Assembly: GCA_012026655.1 (NCBI GenBank)
Contig: JAAILG010001217.1
Coordinates: 1-64,000 of the forward strand
Source of the DNA: Hydrolagus affinis
Taxonomy: Eukaryota
Direction: 5' to 3'
Length of the DNA: 64,000 nucleotides
The notes beneath the pieces are model-generated. The model was not told where the DNA came from. It saw nothing but the letters and a program-made list of their open reading frames with translations, and searched no databases. Both the position numbers and the translations under genes were made by a program. Below, in pieces: positions 1 to 11,421 of this stretch (position 1 is its first letter; each line of letters starts with the position of its first letter).

Positions 1-2355
1 GACACCTGTGTACTCTCCTGTGAACAAATTATTCTGGACGTAGGGAGTGAAGAATATGTGTATATGTCAGGTATGATCCAGGCAGAAGTTAGGACAATGA
101 ACTTCAGGAGACAGAAGAGTATAAATATTTCTGCATATTGAAGCTGAAATTCTAAAGTTAGGCAATGAATATCATTTTTAGTATTCATTAAATCAAAGTT
201 GGAAATATACAATTTCATAAGTACAAAAACAGAGGCTTGTGCCAGTCTGTCAAGTTTGAATAAGCATACACTGAAATATGAGGCCTGAAGTTTGAGAACT
301 CTGTTAGAAGCATTTTACTGTTTGAAATGAAGATTGAATTTAAATTTCTGTTGGAATTTTTCTGTAAGTAAACATAACATTATTGAGATCCTTATTAGCA
401 ATCTATAGCTATATTTTAATTTGGGAACTTTTAATACTGCACAGTCCCCTCAGCTAAATTTAGTGTCCTGTAATATATCAATGTGGTATATCACAAATAG
501 ATTTTTAAAAAGTGCAGTTTTCAAATTCTAAGAGTGTTTTGCAATTATTTTTAGAAAACAGAATAAACGTCTACAAAGCGGATATAAGCTTAATGGATAT
601 AAAGGTACATGTACTTACAAATTTGTGATTTGTAAATACCTTGCAGTAAATATTTGTTTCCTCTACATACAGCCTAAAAACATCAATCAAGTCTTTTAAT
701 GCCAGAATATTTTATGTAGAACTTGTACAACAATCAGGAATCATAAAAAGTAAACTGAGAGCCCAACAGCCCAATTATAGGCCGGGAAGCTTTTAATGTA
801 AAATGTAAATTTAAATTTCAATCTTAGTAGGCTAAGTCTCTTATCTTGGCCGTCTCATCTGGGATAGAAGGAAACTGATCCAAGAAGAAACCCTTTTCAA
901 AGAGTCTATAAATCTATCTAGAGAGATTATTGAAGGTGCAAAATAGTTTATCCCAATGAGGAAATCATTGTAAAATCATCTGACTTAAGAGAAGATAATT
1001 CATGCCTTGCAATTAAACAATCAAGTTTCTAAAAAAAACGCCAAGAATACTAGTGATTTAGCACAATTTATTTTTGCTTGAATAATCAATTGGATCATTC
1101 GGTGGAATTCTGTTTTTCATACATATGTTATTAGAGCTATCTTCAGTGACTGCGTAATGTTTTCATATGAATATAATCAACAGAGGAGAATAATTCACCA
1201 AACCCAAATGTAAAATGCCCTTTTAACCACAGCAGCCTTACAAACTATTATTACACTGCTAAAAAAGATTAGATGATTGGCTTACGGAAAGACTTCTACA
1301 TCTTATAGCCAATAAACATGATACAGTAATACTTTTACAGCGTGCTGCCAGTCTACAAGCATGTACATTCTGATCATTTCAACTTTATTTTCAATCCTGT
1401 GCCTGCAAGAGAATTAGTTGAACTATTAAGTTGCAAGCATGAATCCCTCTGTTTAGCAAGAACATTAATCTTTCCCCTTTACATAATGTATGGCATCTTT
1501 AAGATCATTTAAAAAAAAGCAACAACAGATAGTAAAACAAGGGAAATGTGTTTTACATTGATAAATTCTTTGTTAATTTCAACATTGTGTCTGCAAACTT
1601 AGAAAAAAATTAATTAAATGAATACATGCATCAAAATATTAGTACTCTGAAGAAATTGTGTATTTAGATTTTTTTCACAGAATTACAGAATTTTCCATTG
1701 TTTTTGAAAATCATTTTAAAGTTAGCAGTATAATCTGAAAGAAGGCTTATTTCAGTTAAAATTAAGCTAGCGTTTTTGCATATACAAAGATTATACTTTC
1801 TAGTAATTGTACAAGAATTTGTGGAGTTACACTCAAAGTTGCCCAGTAGGTGGAATCACTTCTAAAGCATAATTGTGCACTAAAGCAGTTGCAGTGCTCT
1901 TAATGATTTCTTAGAACAGTACTTCAAAAAAAAGTATGCACTATCCATTTCATCAGAATTTTTACAGTGTTACGTATGTACAGCAAAACCATTGTTTTTT
2001 TGTTTTTTATTTTTTTAAATAAGCAAGTAGATTTGTTACCCCCTGAAATCATGGGTTCAAGATAATTATAAGGCTAGCTGCTGTGTAATCAGTGATTCTT
2101 AATTTCCTTCCAGGAACCAGCACTCCGTTATCTATTGTGCCATGTTTTGTCACAGGAAGATATCAAATACATTAAATAAAAATTCTGTTTGATGACACTG
2201 CTCTATTTGAAAAAAGTCGTTCATACCATGGCACCTCAGACATCTGTCAAGTCAATCGCACTCTCTTCAGATCAATGAATGAAAGTGAATTTCCATGCGT
2301 TTATTTAAATTTGCTCATGCTAAATGAAAATATCCTCTTTTATCTAAACCATGCT

Positions 2356-2451
2356 TTAATGCTTGGAAGCAGCAGGTACACACTTTTCTACAATTGCTTC
2401 GTTTTCTGTTCCAGCCATTTTCTTCTGGACACATGGCAGTAAAATGTGTTC
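2356..2451 (-). CDS. ANK3: candidate last coding exon
   Basis: TTTTTGTTTCCAATTTTACAG|GAA; phase 0; EHILLPCVQKKMAGTENEAIVEKCVPAASKH then TAA. No clear homology recognised. Confidence 0.45.
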   Translation of the reverse strand, partial: EHILLPCVQKKMAGTENEAIVEKCVPAASKH

Positions 2452-3331
2452 CTGTAAAATTGGAAACAAAAATTTAGTCCATCCATATCAATTAAATACA
2501 TTGAAACTATTAATAGATTTGCTGCACCTTGAATTAAATAAATTAGGTACTTTAATGATTCTTAAAATGCCATTCGTATTTACTCTCATTCCCACTGAGA
2601 ATACTGAATTTAGTCTAGGCAAATAGTAGGGAGATCTAATTCCCAACAACTCCCAGTAAATGAAATTGGGAGCTGGTTATGTGAGCAATCACAAGCCTGA
2701 AACCATATGCTGTCTCCTTGGTATATCATCAATATGTTTCCTGTGCTTTTAATAATAGTTAAAATGGTTTCTACAACATTTCCATTTTGTTTATTAAGAT
2801 ACGCTAAAAAGGCGTGATTTTCATTAATATTAAACCTGGTTTCTATTATTCGGCATTGGAGTGAAAAATTAAATTATTTGAACTTCTGGATATGCCATTC
2901 TTTCATGCTGTAAAATTGTCCCTTCTCTATTTGTTTTTCTCTGCTTCATTTAACTTATGCTCCACAATTCAGAAGACAATAAGTAGTTTCTGAACAGTCT
3001 GTTCCCAATCACCCACTCCAAACTGACGCACCAGAAAACAGATTAATGGGCATTAAAAATAGATAAAGCACTGAGTTCTTGGTACTATTATTCAAAAACA
3101 CCAAAAAATTTAATTGCTTTTACTGAAGTAATTTACTATCATAATAAGATGAGGTGCTACCCTGCATAGAAGGTTCTAAATGAGTGCAAGTTATTGTTGT
3201 TGACAAACGTTAGTTGGCTTAAATGGTAGGATTTCACCTGTTAAAACATACAATCATGCACTTCACAGCAAAATCCTGTGAAATACTTTAAGAGACATTT
3301 CCCTTGCTACCACTGCACCATCCAGGAAATC

Positions 3332-3535
3332 AACAACAACTTGCATTTATATAGCGCCCTCCACACCAGGCAACACCTCAGAGTGCATCACAACGGGCAA
3401 TGGCGGGGCCCCGAGGCCGAGCCTGGGTGGGGGAAGGTGATCATAAATATTTTTTGAAGAGAAAGGTCTTCAAGCGTGACCCAAAGATGGAAAAGGAGGG
3501 AGTGAGGCAAATGGGTTAAGGGAGGGAGTTTTGGG
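3332..3535 (-). mobile_element. L2 LINE 3' fragment
   Basis: Minus GGCGCTATATAAATGCAAGTTGTTGTT tail; homologous to the copy at 57575. Confidence 0.78.
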
Positions 3536-5207
3536 GTGTAGTAGAGAGCGTGAGACACAAATAAAGAAGAGATTAAATAAGTGAGCGAGTGTGCTAGTGA
3601 GAGGTAATAAATTGTTTTACCCACAGATGCAGAATTACCTTTATCCAATCCCTTTTGCTGGGGAGTCTTTTAATGAGTCTTTTTATCCACCTGTCTGACA
3701 GTTTCTTTCTTGACTTTGATTACTTTATATCCTTCCACCTGTTATGGTAAAAGAAAAAAAAACATTCTCTGGGTTAATAAGAGAATAATCTGGTCACCGG
3801 AATACTCAAAAGCAGCAGACATCTGAGGGGCTTAATGTGAAAGTGTTAGTATGATTAGTGAGCATATCTTAAATAGATTTCATAATTTTTCTCCAACAAG
3901 AACAGCAAAGTTCACACATTCAGTAAGAGTAGATACTGCAACACAAGATTATTAGTCAACAAATGTCAGCACGGTAGATCACTCGCACAGCTAGAGCATG
4001 GATTAAAGAGATCAACTGGAATTCAAACAAAGTCTAGAAAGACTGAAAGAACCATCCCATTTTTACAAAATCTTAAATCGAAGAAACCACATTAATCAGA
4101 TCCAGTTTAATTCCAGTGAATGACAAACAATCCCTTTCTGTTGATTTCAAAAGAGATAAAAGTAGAGAGTGTTCAGAGAAATACTCTCATCTTGTAATAT
4201 TAGACATAATATTTAAAGTATCCATATGTATCCATATCCATTCTTTTGAAAGAATTCAACATTCAAATTCATTTAAGCGATTAAGCTCCTTTAAATGGGG
4301 AAATTAAACAAGTATTTACGTGCATGAAAGGTAAAATAAAGTGCTATGAGGATTTTACTTGAAAATAGCAGCTTTAATCTGGATTTGATTTATGCAACAG
4401 AACCTAAAGATTCAGCAAAAAATACAATGGAGCCAAAGATCTTGTTCCAGAATTCATTCGAGTCACACAATAGCTCAGCAAAAGATCGTACAAATAATTC
4501 TGATCTGCAGAATTAATCATTAGTTGCTAAATGCTTGCAGTATCTCTTTCAAAATAATACTAATTTCTCCTCCCAAGAAAAGATTCAGCTTTAGCAATAC
4601 TTTCAAAAATAAGGGCCATTCTGTTCATTTTATCAATGAGAATCATGGTGACCAAAAATTGCATTAGCAGGGATTATGGAACTTTTCCATTACAATCTGA
4701 GCATCAAGATAAAATGTGTTAAAATGTGTCCCGTGTGCAAAACAAACCACTACCTATTGTCAGGAAATAGTATCAAGTTTCCCATAGCTATCCTTACAAG
4801 TAAAAAGTTAAAACATCTCTTGAAAGATGCAATTCACACTTGCAAGCTAACATTATTATTATTATTTCTTAATCAGCATGAATTGACAACAGCTGAGATA
4901 CTAATCTTGGTTGCCATTATGTTGCTACTATTGTAACTGGCATCTAAATACAGTATATCAGCCATTCAATACAATTTTCATGCCTGCTTATTGAAAACTA
5001 CCTATCATCTGGGCACATATTTTCTGTGAAAATGTAGGATAATAATTAAGTGAGGAATTTGGGGGCAGAAATGAACTCTTTGTGGCAGGATTATCATTTT
5101 ATCGGTGCTATTGCCCACAATCTATATAATTTTAAATTCCCAAATTTATCTCAAGCATCTAATAATTAATTCTACTACAGTTTTCCATATTTCTTCAAGC
5201 ATCAAAC

Positions 5208-5318
5208 CTCCTGTTCTGTATCAGCACATTCAAAATATTCCTCATCAGCCTGCCCTTCCACTTCTGTAGGTTCGTTGTCTTTAGACGTAACAACACACCT
5301 CACTACTTTTCGGGTTAC
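5208..5318 (-). CDS. ANK3: obscurin-binding exon 3 (111 nt)
   Basis: TAG|GTA ACC...GAG|GTTTGA; VTRKVVRCVVTSKDNEPTEVEGQADEEYFECADTEQE. Read-through of the donor gives V then stop. Confidence 0.85.
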
Positions 5319-5472
5319 CTAAGAAAAGTGAGGAAAAAATTGAAAGGAAACGCTGGGCTTAATATATTTTGAATGGTTAAGGACCAAAACTTCAATTATT
5401 TGCAACACACAACTTGATAAAGTCACATGTGTGAGGACTTGAATAGATGTTGTCAGCTTAGTATTACTGTAC

Positions 5473-5556
5473 TTTTCTTGTGACGTGGTTGCCATCTTCA
5501 TCCACATACTGCTCTTCCATGACAGTTTCTCCAGGGATGTTTTTTGCTTCCTCTGC
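5473..5556 (-). CDS. ANK3: obscurin-binding exon 2 (84 nt)
   Basis: TAG|GCA...AAA|GTACAG; AEEAKNIPGETVMEEQYVDEDGNHVTRK. Confidence 0.93.
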
Positions 5557-7838
5557 CTAAAGGATGCATCATTGAAAAAATCAAGACATATTTAGAATAG
5601 GAAGACTGACACAACACCGAACCATACACTTAACAATCCTGGATGCTAAGAGAATGGTTATTATTGTAAATCTTGTCACGTAGAATATTTTCTTTTTGTT
5701 TGTTCAAGACCCAACAAAGCATGAATGCACCAGCATTCTATTAATCACTGTGTGATCCTGACTAGCTGCTTGCTGTCCGCAGCATTGATTATACAGTTAA
5801 TCATGGGGCACCCCAGAGCAACCAAACACTGTAGCAACCTGGTTACAGCAATATGACCTCAGAGCTACAGCCAAATTAAAAATGAGAATTTAATGCCCAG
5901 CTTCTTTGTTCTTAGGTTATTTTTTTCTTCTAAATTATCCATAATATTTCATTAACACAGTGCCACTTTACTGATTGACCAATGACTAAAAATATGAAGA
6001 AATCTTGCTTACTACGCACATTTTAAAAAAAATCAAAAAACACTTACTTTAATTCACCATCAATTTGAAGGAATTTCAGGAAAACTGCCTATACAAGAGT
6101 AGCTCGCACTAATGTATTTATGTATGCCTTTTATATGCTGCATTGCAAAGATGTACTGTGTGAGTTTTGCAAGCAGTCAGTCAGAACTGCACTTTTCTTA
6201 AACTCATGCGACTGCAACTCAGACTTCTCATACAAATCTGTTACCGTAGCATGCAGCAGCTGCATTAGTATGTGCTGCTAATTGCAATAAGATTTTCTTT
6301 AGGTAAATTGTAATCTGAACACTTTTGTAAATTGGCACTAAGTCTTCAAGAGTTGCAGTTTTGAATCAAAGCAATTTCATTAATTCGACTGGTTGTGAGT
6401 GAATATAATTTTCATTGGTTCTCTATAACACTTATTAATCACATATCTTTGTAATATGATACAGCTTTCATGAGTTGTTCAGAGGGCAATCCAAGAGAAG
6501 CATACACTGACAGCCAATTAATTGAGTTTCCATTCTGTGTTTAAAAAAAATTTGAAGCACTTCTTTAGCTTGTACTATAGTCAGGACAAAATGCATTAGT
6601 GGGGTCAAACCGTGGGGGTGACAAAACTTCACAATTTATACCATCCAAAACCAGAGCCAGGGTCATGCTTTCATGTAGCTGAACAGTTTGATGGTCTGTG
6701 ATCTTGTTGTATTGGTCATGTTTGAAGCAAAGGAGTTAAGTTACTTCCTTTTGTACTTCTAACCCTTTTCCCAAGAGGTTTCCCACCTCCACCCATTGGT
6801 TTCTTTATTGCTTCCTCTTTTTTTCTGTGTTTATATTTCTCTTTAAGACAGGAAATTCTCAGGTTGCATTCAATCCTATTGTTCTAATTGGGAAAATGAT
6901 CATAAGCATATCAGAAGATGGTAGAAGTGGCATTTTGGATAAATTTCATTTTCTTCAACTACATAGGTTCAGCCTCCAATCTGGATGTGTAAATTTTTAT
7001 ATGTCTTCAATTCGTAGAATTACAAATACAGATTATAATAATGTTCCACTAATCTACAGAACAGCAAAACAAGGCAATGTCTTGACAACATCAATATAAT
7101 CTGATATTTTGTAAATCATGCCACCTCTTTTGCCCAAGAACAGATTATTCAACTCATCAAGTTGATTCTTTCTATGTGTAATGTATTCCATCTCACTGTG
7201 AACTCTACCCAACAACCAACCCATCTCCACCAATGAACCCCACCTAGCTGCCAATCAATAAGAGACCCAACAGCACATAGGCATTGAAGTTTTAAATCAC
7301 CAATGAAAAGGATTACAAGTAAATTGTTTGCGCTTGAACTAATCTGGTCCATGAATTAAGAACCCAACCACATCTCAGACTCTAATGTGATAACATGTAG
7401 ATGTAAATAGAGGTTGATCAGTCCAGTGTCTCCTCTTTTCATATAAATGTTCTAATGCATACATTTGATCTATAACAATGTCATCACACTTGCTTATTTA
7501 GGAACTCCCTATGGTGTAATACTAAATTTAAAAATTGACTTTATTTGAATAAATTTGATTCATTTAAGAAAAACTATTCGAATGAAAAGTTTGAAAGGAT
7601 GACAATTGAATTCCAAAGATGTGATTTTTTGCAAATCAATGGGCCATTGTTCTATCAGTGCCGCGCTGAAGATAATTATGAAGCTGTTCCTTCTCATCAA
7701 ACTGATCAACCCCACGAAATCATGCTTGGAGTCAAAAGCCCAAACACAGCAAACTGAAGCACCAAGCAAGATAGAGCAAAAAAAAATCATTTCCAAACAG
7801 CAACTGACAAACAACAACACACTAAAATGACTGGATAC

Positions 7839-7919
7839 CTTTAGAATTACCCTGCGGCGAATAACCCTGGTGGTGACAATCTCCTCCTCATCCGAGCTGG
7901 GCTCACTTTCCCCAAGCTC
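7839..7919 (-). CDS. ANK3: muscle-type obscurin-binding exon 1 (81 nt)
   Basis: CAG|GAG...AAG|GTATCC; ELGESEPSSDEEEIVTTRVIRRRVILK. The acceptor is weak and the exon may extend to the ATG at 7979. Confidence 0.88.
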
Positions 7920-8912
7920 CTGATTAGTGTATTTTAGCACATTATGAAATAAGTTGAAATGTATTGTGAGAGCTGACATAGACAGATGCACTTCCTTCAA
8001 ACTAGTCAAGACTTAAATGGCATGCTATTAGATTATATTTGCATGTCATTTGACATAAGTTGTTGTATTGGTTCATTATCTTTGTAAATTTACTTCAGGA
8101 TTCAAAGCCCGGCCCTGTTCAATGTTCCCTTAAAGAATGGCAAATACACTAAAACATTACCATATTGCAGCTTTTCTTTCTCAATATATTTCTCAATCAC
8201 TCAATCAATCACAAATAATTCACAGTGCCTCAAAAATCTTCTTAAAAATATTTGTTCTACATCGATGTTATTCATAGTTGTGGTTTGCAGTAAAATACAA
8301 TAATGCTTCCATTTTTGAATCATCAGAACATTTGTAGCTATGAATAAATTGATCTGCTTTGGGAAAAATATCAATTGATATTGATAGAACTGCATTAAAA
8401 ACAATGTTTAGCTATTAAGGGACACCGAGTATCACATTTCTGATTTAACTAATACTGTACCATGAAAATATTACAGTCACTTCAGGCAACATACAGAATA
8501 ATATTTGCAGATGTAACATACAATGATATATTTACTCAAATAGAAGCCTGTGCAGGAATGGAAACGGCAGTGGTATGTTTTCCATGACTTAACTTTAGGC
8601 GAAAACAGATACCAGTTAAATTAAGTAATGGTTTGTTACATAACCTGAATGTCAGATATAATGAAAATCACTCTGTGTGACTAGGAATATTGATAAAATC
8701 AATGAACATATCATGAACTGGAGGATAAACCTGCTAAGATATTAACAGATGAATTGAGGCAGTACTTCTGGAAGTAAAGTGTGAACACTTGTAATAAACA
8801 AAAGACAGATGCATTTATTTTTCAAGCTAAAATAATACCCCAATACTTTAACATTATTTCAATTGAAAGATCCTACCAGCATATTTAAGAAAATATACAT
8901 ATATATATTTAC

Positions 8913-9303
8913 CTGTACTTGGCGTTCTTCCTCCCTCCTGCCGAGTCCTTTATCCTCTGAGGTAGTCCAGCTCTTTTTCTTTTCACTACCAAACAGAGTG
9001 GTTACTGATTCCTCTATAACCGGTTGTTTTGTGCCCCCCAACTCTTTCTGCAATTCGGTTCTGGATTCTGTTTGTTCTGTAATAAGCATGGAGCGTTTTT
9101 GTGCCTTCCCATTTAGCGTTTTCCTGTCATGAACCCCCACAGACAAGCCTTCTGCAGGCTCCTGAACTATTGCTTCATTTGACTGTCGTTCCACACTATG
9201 AATGTCCCCATTTTCCTCAGGCTTTGACATTTTTCCATCTGCTTGTCGTTTCTGATAAGATGCAGATTCAACGAACACATCCTTGGATTGTTGTTCTTGC
9301 CGA
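8913..9303 (-). CDS. ANK3: ANK3 C-terminal regulatory exon (391 nt, phase 2-0)
   Basis: TTTTTTGAAG|T CGG...GTA CAG|GTAAAT; open frame; phases match the flanking exons; sequence is diverged. Confidence 0.82.
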
Positions 9304-10270
9304 CTTCAAAAAACATGCAGAAGATTTAATTCAGCATGGACAACACTTTGGGTTTGAAAATGCAGCATGCACAAACCAAAATTCCTGCATTAATTACCAT
9401 GGCTAGCACGATCCTCTACTAAATTTATGCACTCCAAAAATTGGGATCCCAAAGGCAGTTTAAAATTCTGAACTTTTGTCAGATGTTTTGTATTGTTTCC
9501 CAGTGAGGGTAAAACACTTAATCATCACTGGAGCTTGCTATTCCAGCAGGACATTTATTGTCGGGCTATTTTTCATTGGGAGAAAAGGGCCAAAGCCCAA
9601 AACATTCTGAAGTAAAGGTGGAAATGCTGATGCGATCTGATAAAATGACAGAACTGGCTCAGAGGACCAAATGTTAGACCTGCTCAAATATGTTCATATG
9701 AATTCATGTTCCTATTGTATGTTCACAGCCATAACAGATAAGAAACTTAGTTTGGATGCTTAAATTTTTTTACAATTTAAATGAGTAACAATTTGATTTC
9801 AGCTGATAGAAGGAATTAGTATTAGAACATTCCCTTTGTGCATTTGCTTTTTATGACAATATGTCAGAGCTGGGAATTAAATTATTTCCATTTTAGCAAT
9901 CAAGCCCATCTACTCAGGTGCCTCTTACCTTCTATTTTAAACAGGCCCTCCCACTGCAGCATTTCCAGTCTTCACAGTTTATTATTTAGAAAGTGTATTC
10001 ACATTGACAATGCAATGACAATGACATTGACAATGAAAAGGGCAATTTTACCTTTAATCAGCATGCACTATGGCCAGTTGTCATGCTGTAGATATTCACC
10101 AAATTAAAGAGGCATTCATTTATCTTTTTAAAAAGAACCATTAGGAGAAATCACAAACTTCTATGTCACCTGTGATTAATATATATCACCATTAAGAACC
10201 AAATCTTAAAAAGTGAAAATAGTATACTAGCCATTGCACTTCTTTTTCAACAAACTCTCATTTCATTCTT

Positions 10271-10636
10271 AACAACAAAATTACATTTGTAGAGCGCCTT
10301 TCACGTCAGGCAGATGTCCCAAGGTGCTGGACAAGTGTTTGACCTGAGTTGAGGGACAGCATCGGGGAAGTTGGAGGGTGATCAACAAGATACCAAGGTT
10401 CCCGACTGGCTCAGTGAGGTGGAGTGTGCATCCTTGGATGGCGAAGATGTCAATGCCTGAGGTGTGGAGATGCTGACTGGAGCCAGTGAGGAGGGCCTTG
10501 GTCTTGTTGATGTTCAACCGAAGAAAGTTAGCTCTCATCCAGGACTTAATGCCTGACAATTATTCTGTCAGGACAGCAGTGGTCCTAGAATTGAGGCTGG
10601 AGGCAGAGATAGAGTTGGGTGTCATCTGCATACACA
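10271..10636 (-). mobile_element. internally deleted L2 LINE fragment with RT motif
   Basis: TAT GCA GAT GAC ACC CAA CTC TAT = YADDTQLY; IKSWMRANFLRLNINKTKALL; L2 tail ending in (TTG)n. Confidence 0.9.
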
Positions 10637-10670
10637 AGGTTGTCTGCGGATTATGTCACCCAAGAGTGAG

Positions 10671-10706
10671 CATATATATATATATATATATACATACATA
10701 TACATA
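10671..10706. repeat. (TA)n microsatellite
   Basis: Visible run. Confidence 0.9.
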
Positions 10707-10730
10707 TTGTAAAGGAGAAAATTCTCTTAC

Positions 10731-11421
10731 TTAACATCTGGCCGATTTAGACACTCGGTGCTCAGGGTGTAGCTTTTTGGAGTTGGTGGTTCCACGTCCA
10801 CACTGGATGCTTCACTGTGCCAACCTGGAACTGTAAAAAAATCTCTCTCGAAATTCTGGGATTGAAGAGCCTGGAGCTTTTCCTCTGTCAACTCTTCATA
10901 CTTTGAACCCAGGGTCCCTTCACCCAGTGGAATCTCCTCTTGGCATGTTTTTACTCTTTCTTCTGTCAATTCCTCATTGCCTTCCTCTGGCTGGTTAGCA
11001 GAGACCTTTTGTTTGGTTACCTTTCCTCCCTCCAGTGATAGGTTGTACTCCTCCTGCTGTGCTTGCTTCGAAAGCTGAGTATCGGAATCAAACACTTCGC
11101 TAATTTCTGTGAACTGATGAAGGTTTGGTTCAGTGCTGGTGCCTACGTTGGCCTCATTGACTTGCCTGTGCTCTGTGGATACCATTTCATCTTCTAATCG
11201 ACAAGGCATACCTTCATTACCTTCACTATCTTCCAGTGATATATTCTCAGCCTCTACGATGGGTAGTCTTGCATTTGTCTCATCATTTAGGTTATGGGGA
11301 TTTCTAGGGGTTGATTCTACACCATAAAAATCACTAAAATAATCATCACATCTCAGAGGGGTGGGAGGCACATAGCGCAATGAAGTAGGTGTCAGGATTT
11401 CCGTTTGGATGGAAGGATGAC
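10731..11421 (-). CDS. ANK3: ANK3 C-terminal regulatory exon, long form (691 nt); short form 10731-10824
   Basis: CAG|GT CAT CCT...GTT AA|GTAAGA; GHPSIQTEILTPTSLRYVPPTPLRCDDYFSD resembles the recalled mammalian acidic insert (GYPSLQVELETPTGLHYTPPTPFQQDDYFSD); internal acceptor TTTTTTACAGTTCCAG|GT TGG. Confidence 0.9.

Noticed and set aside
10281-10559. 92-aa ORF as a separate gene
   Set aside because: Decayed L2 reverse-transcriptase fragment.
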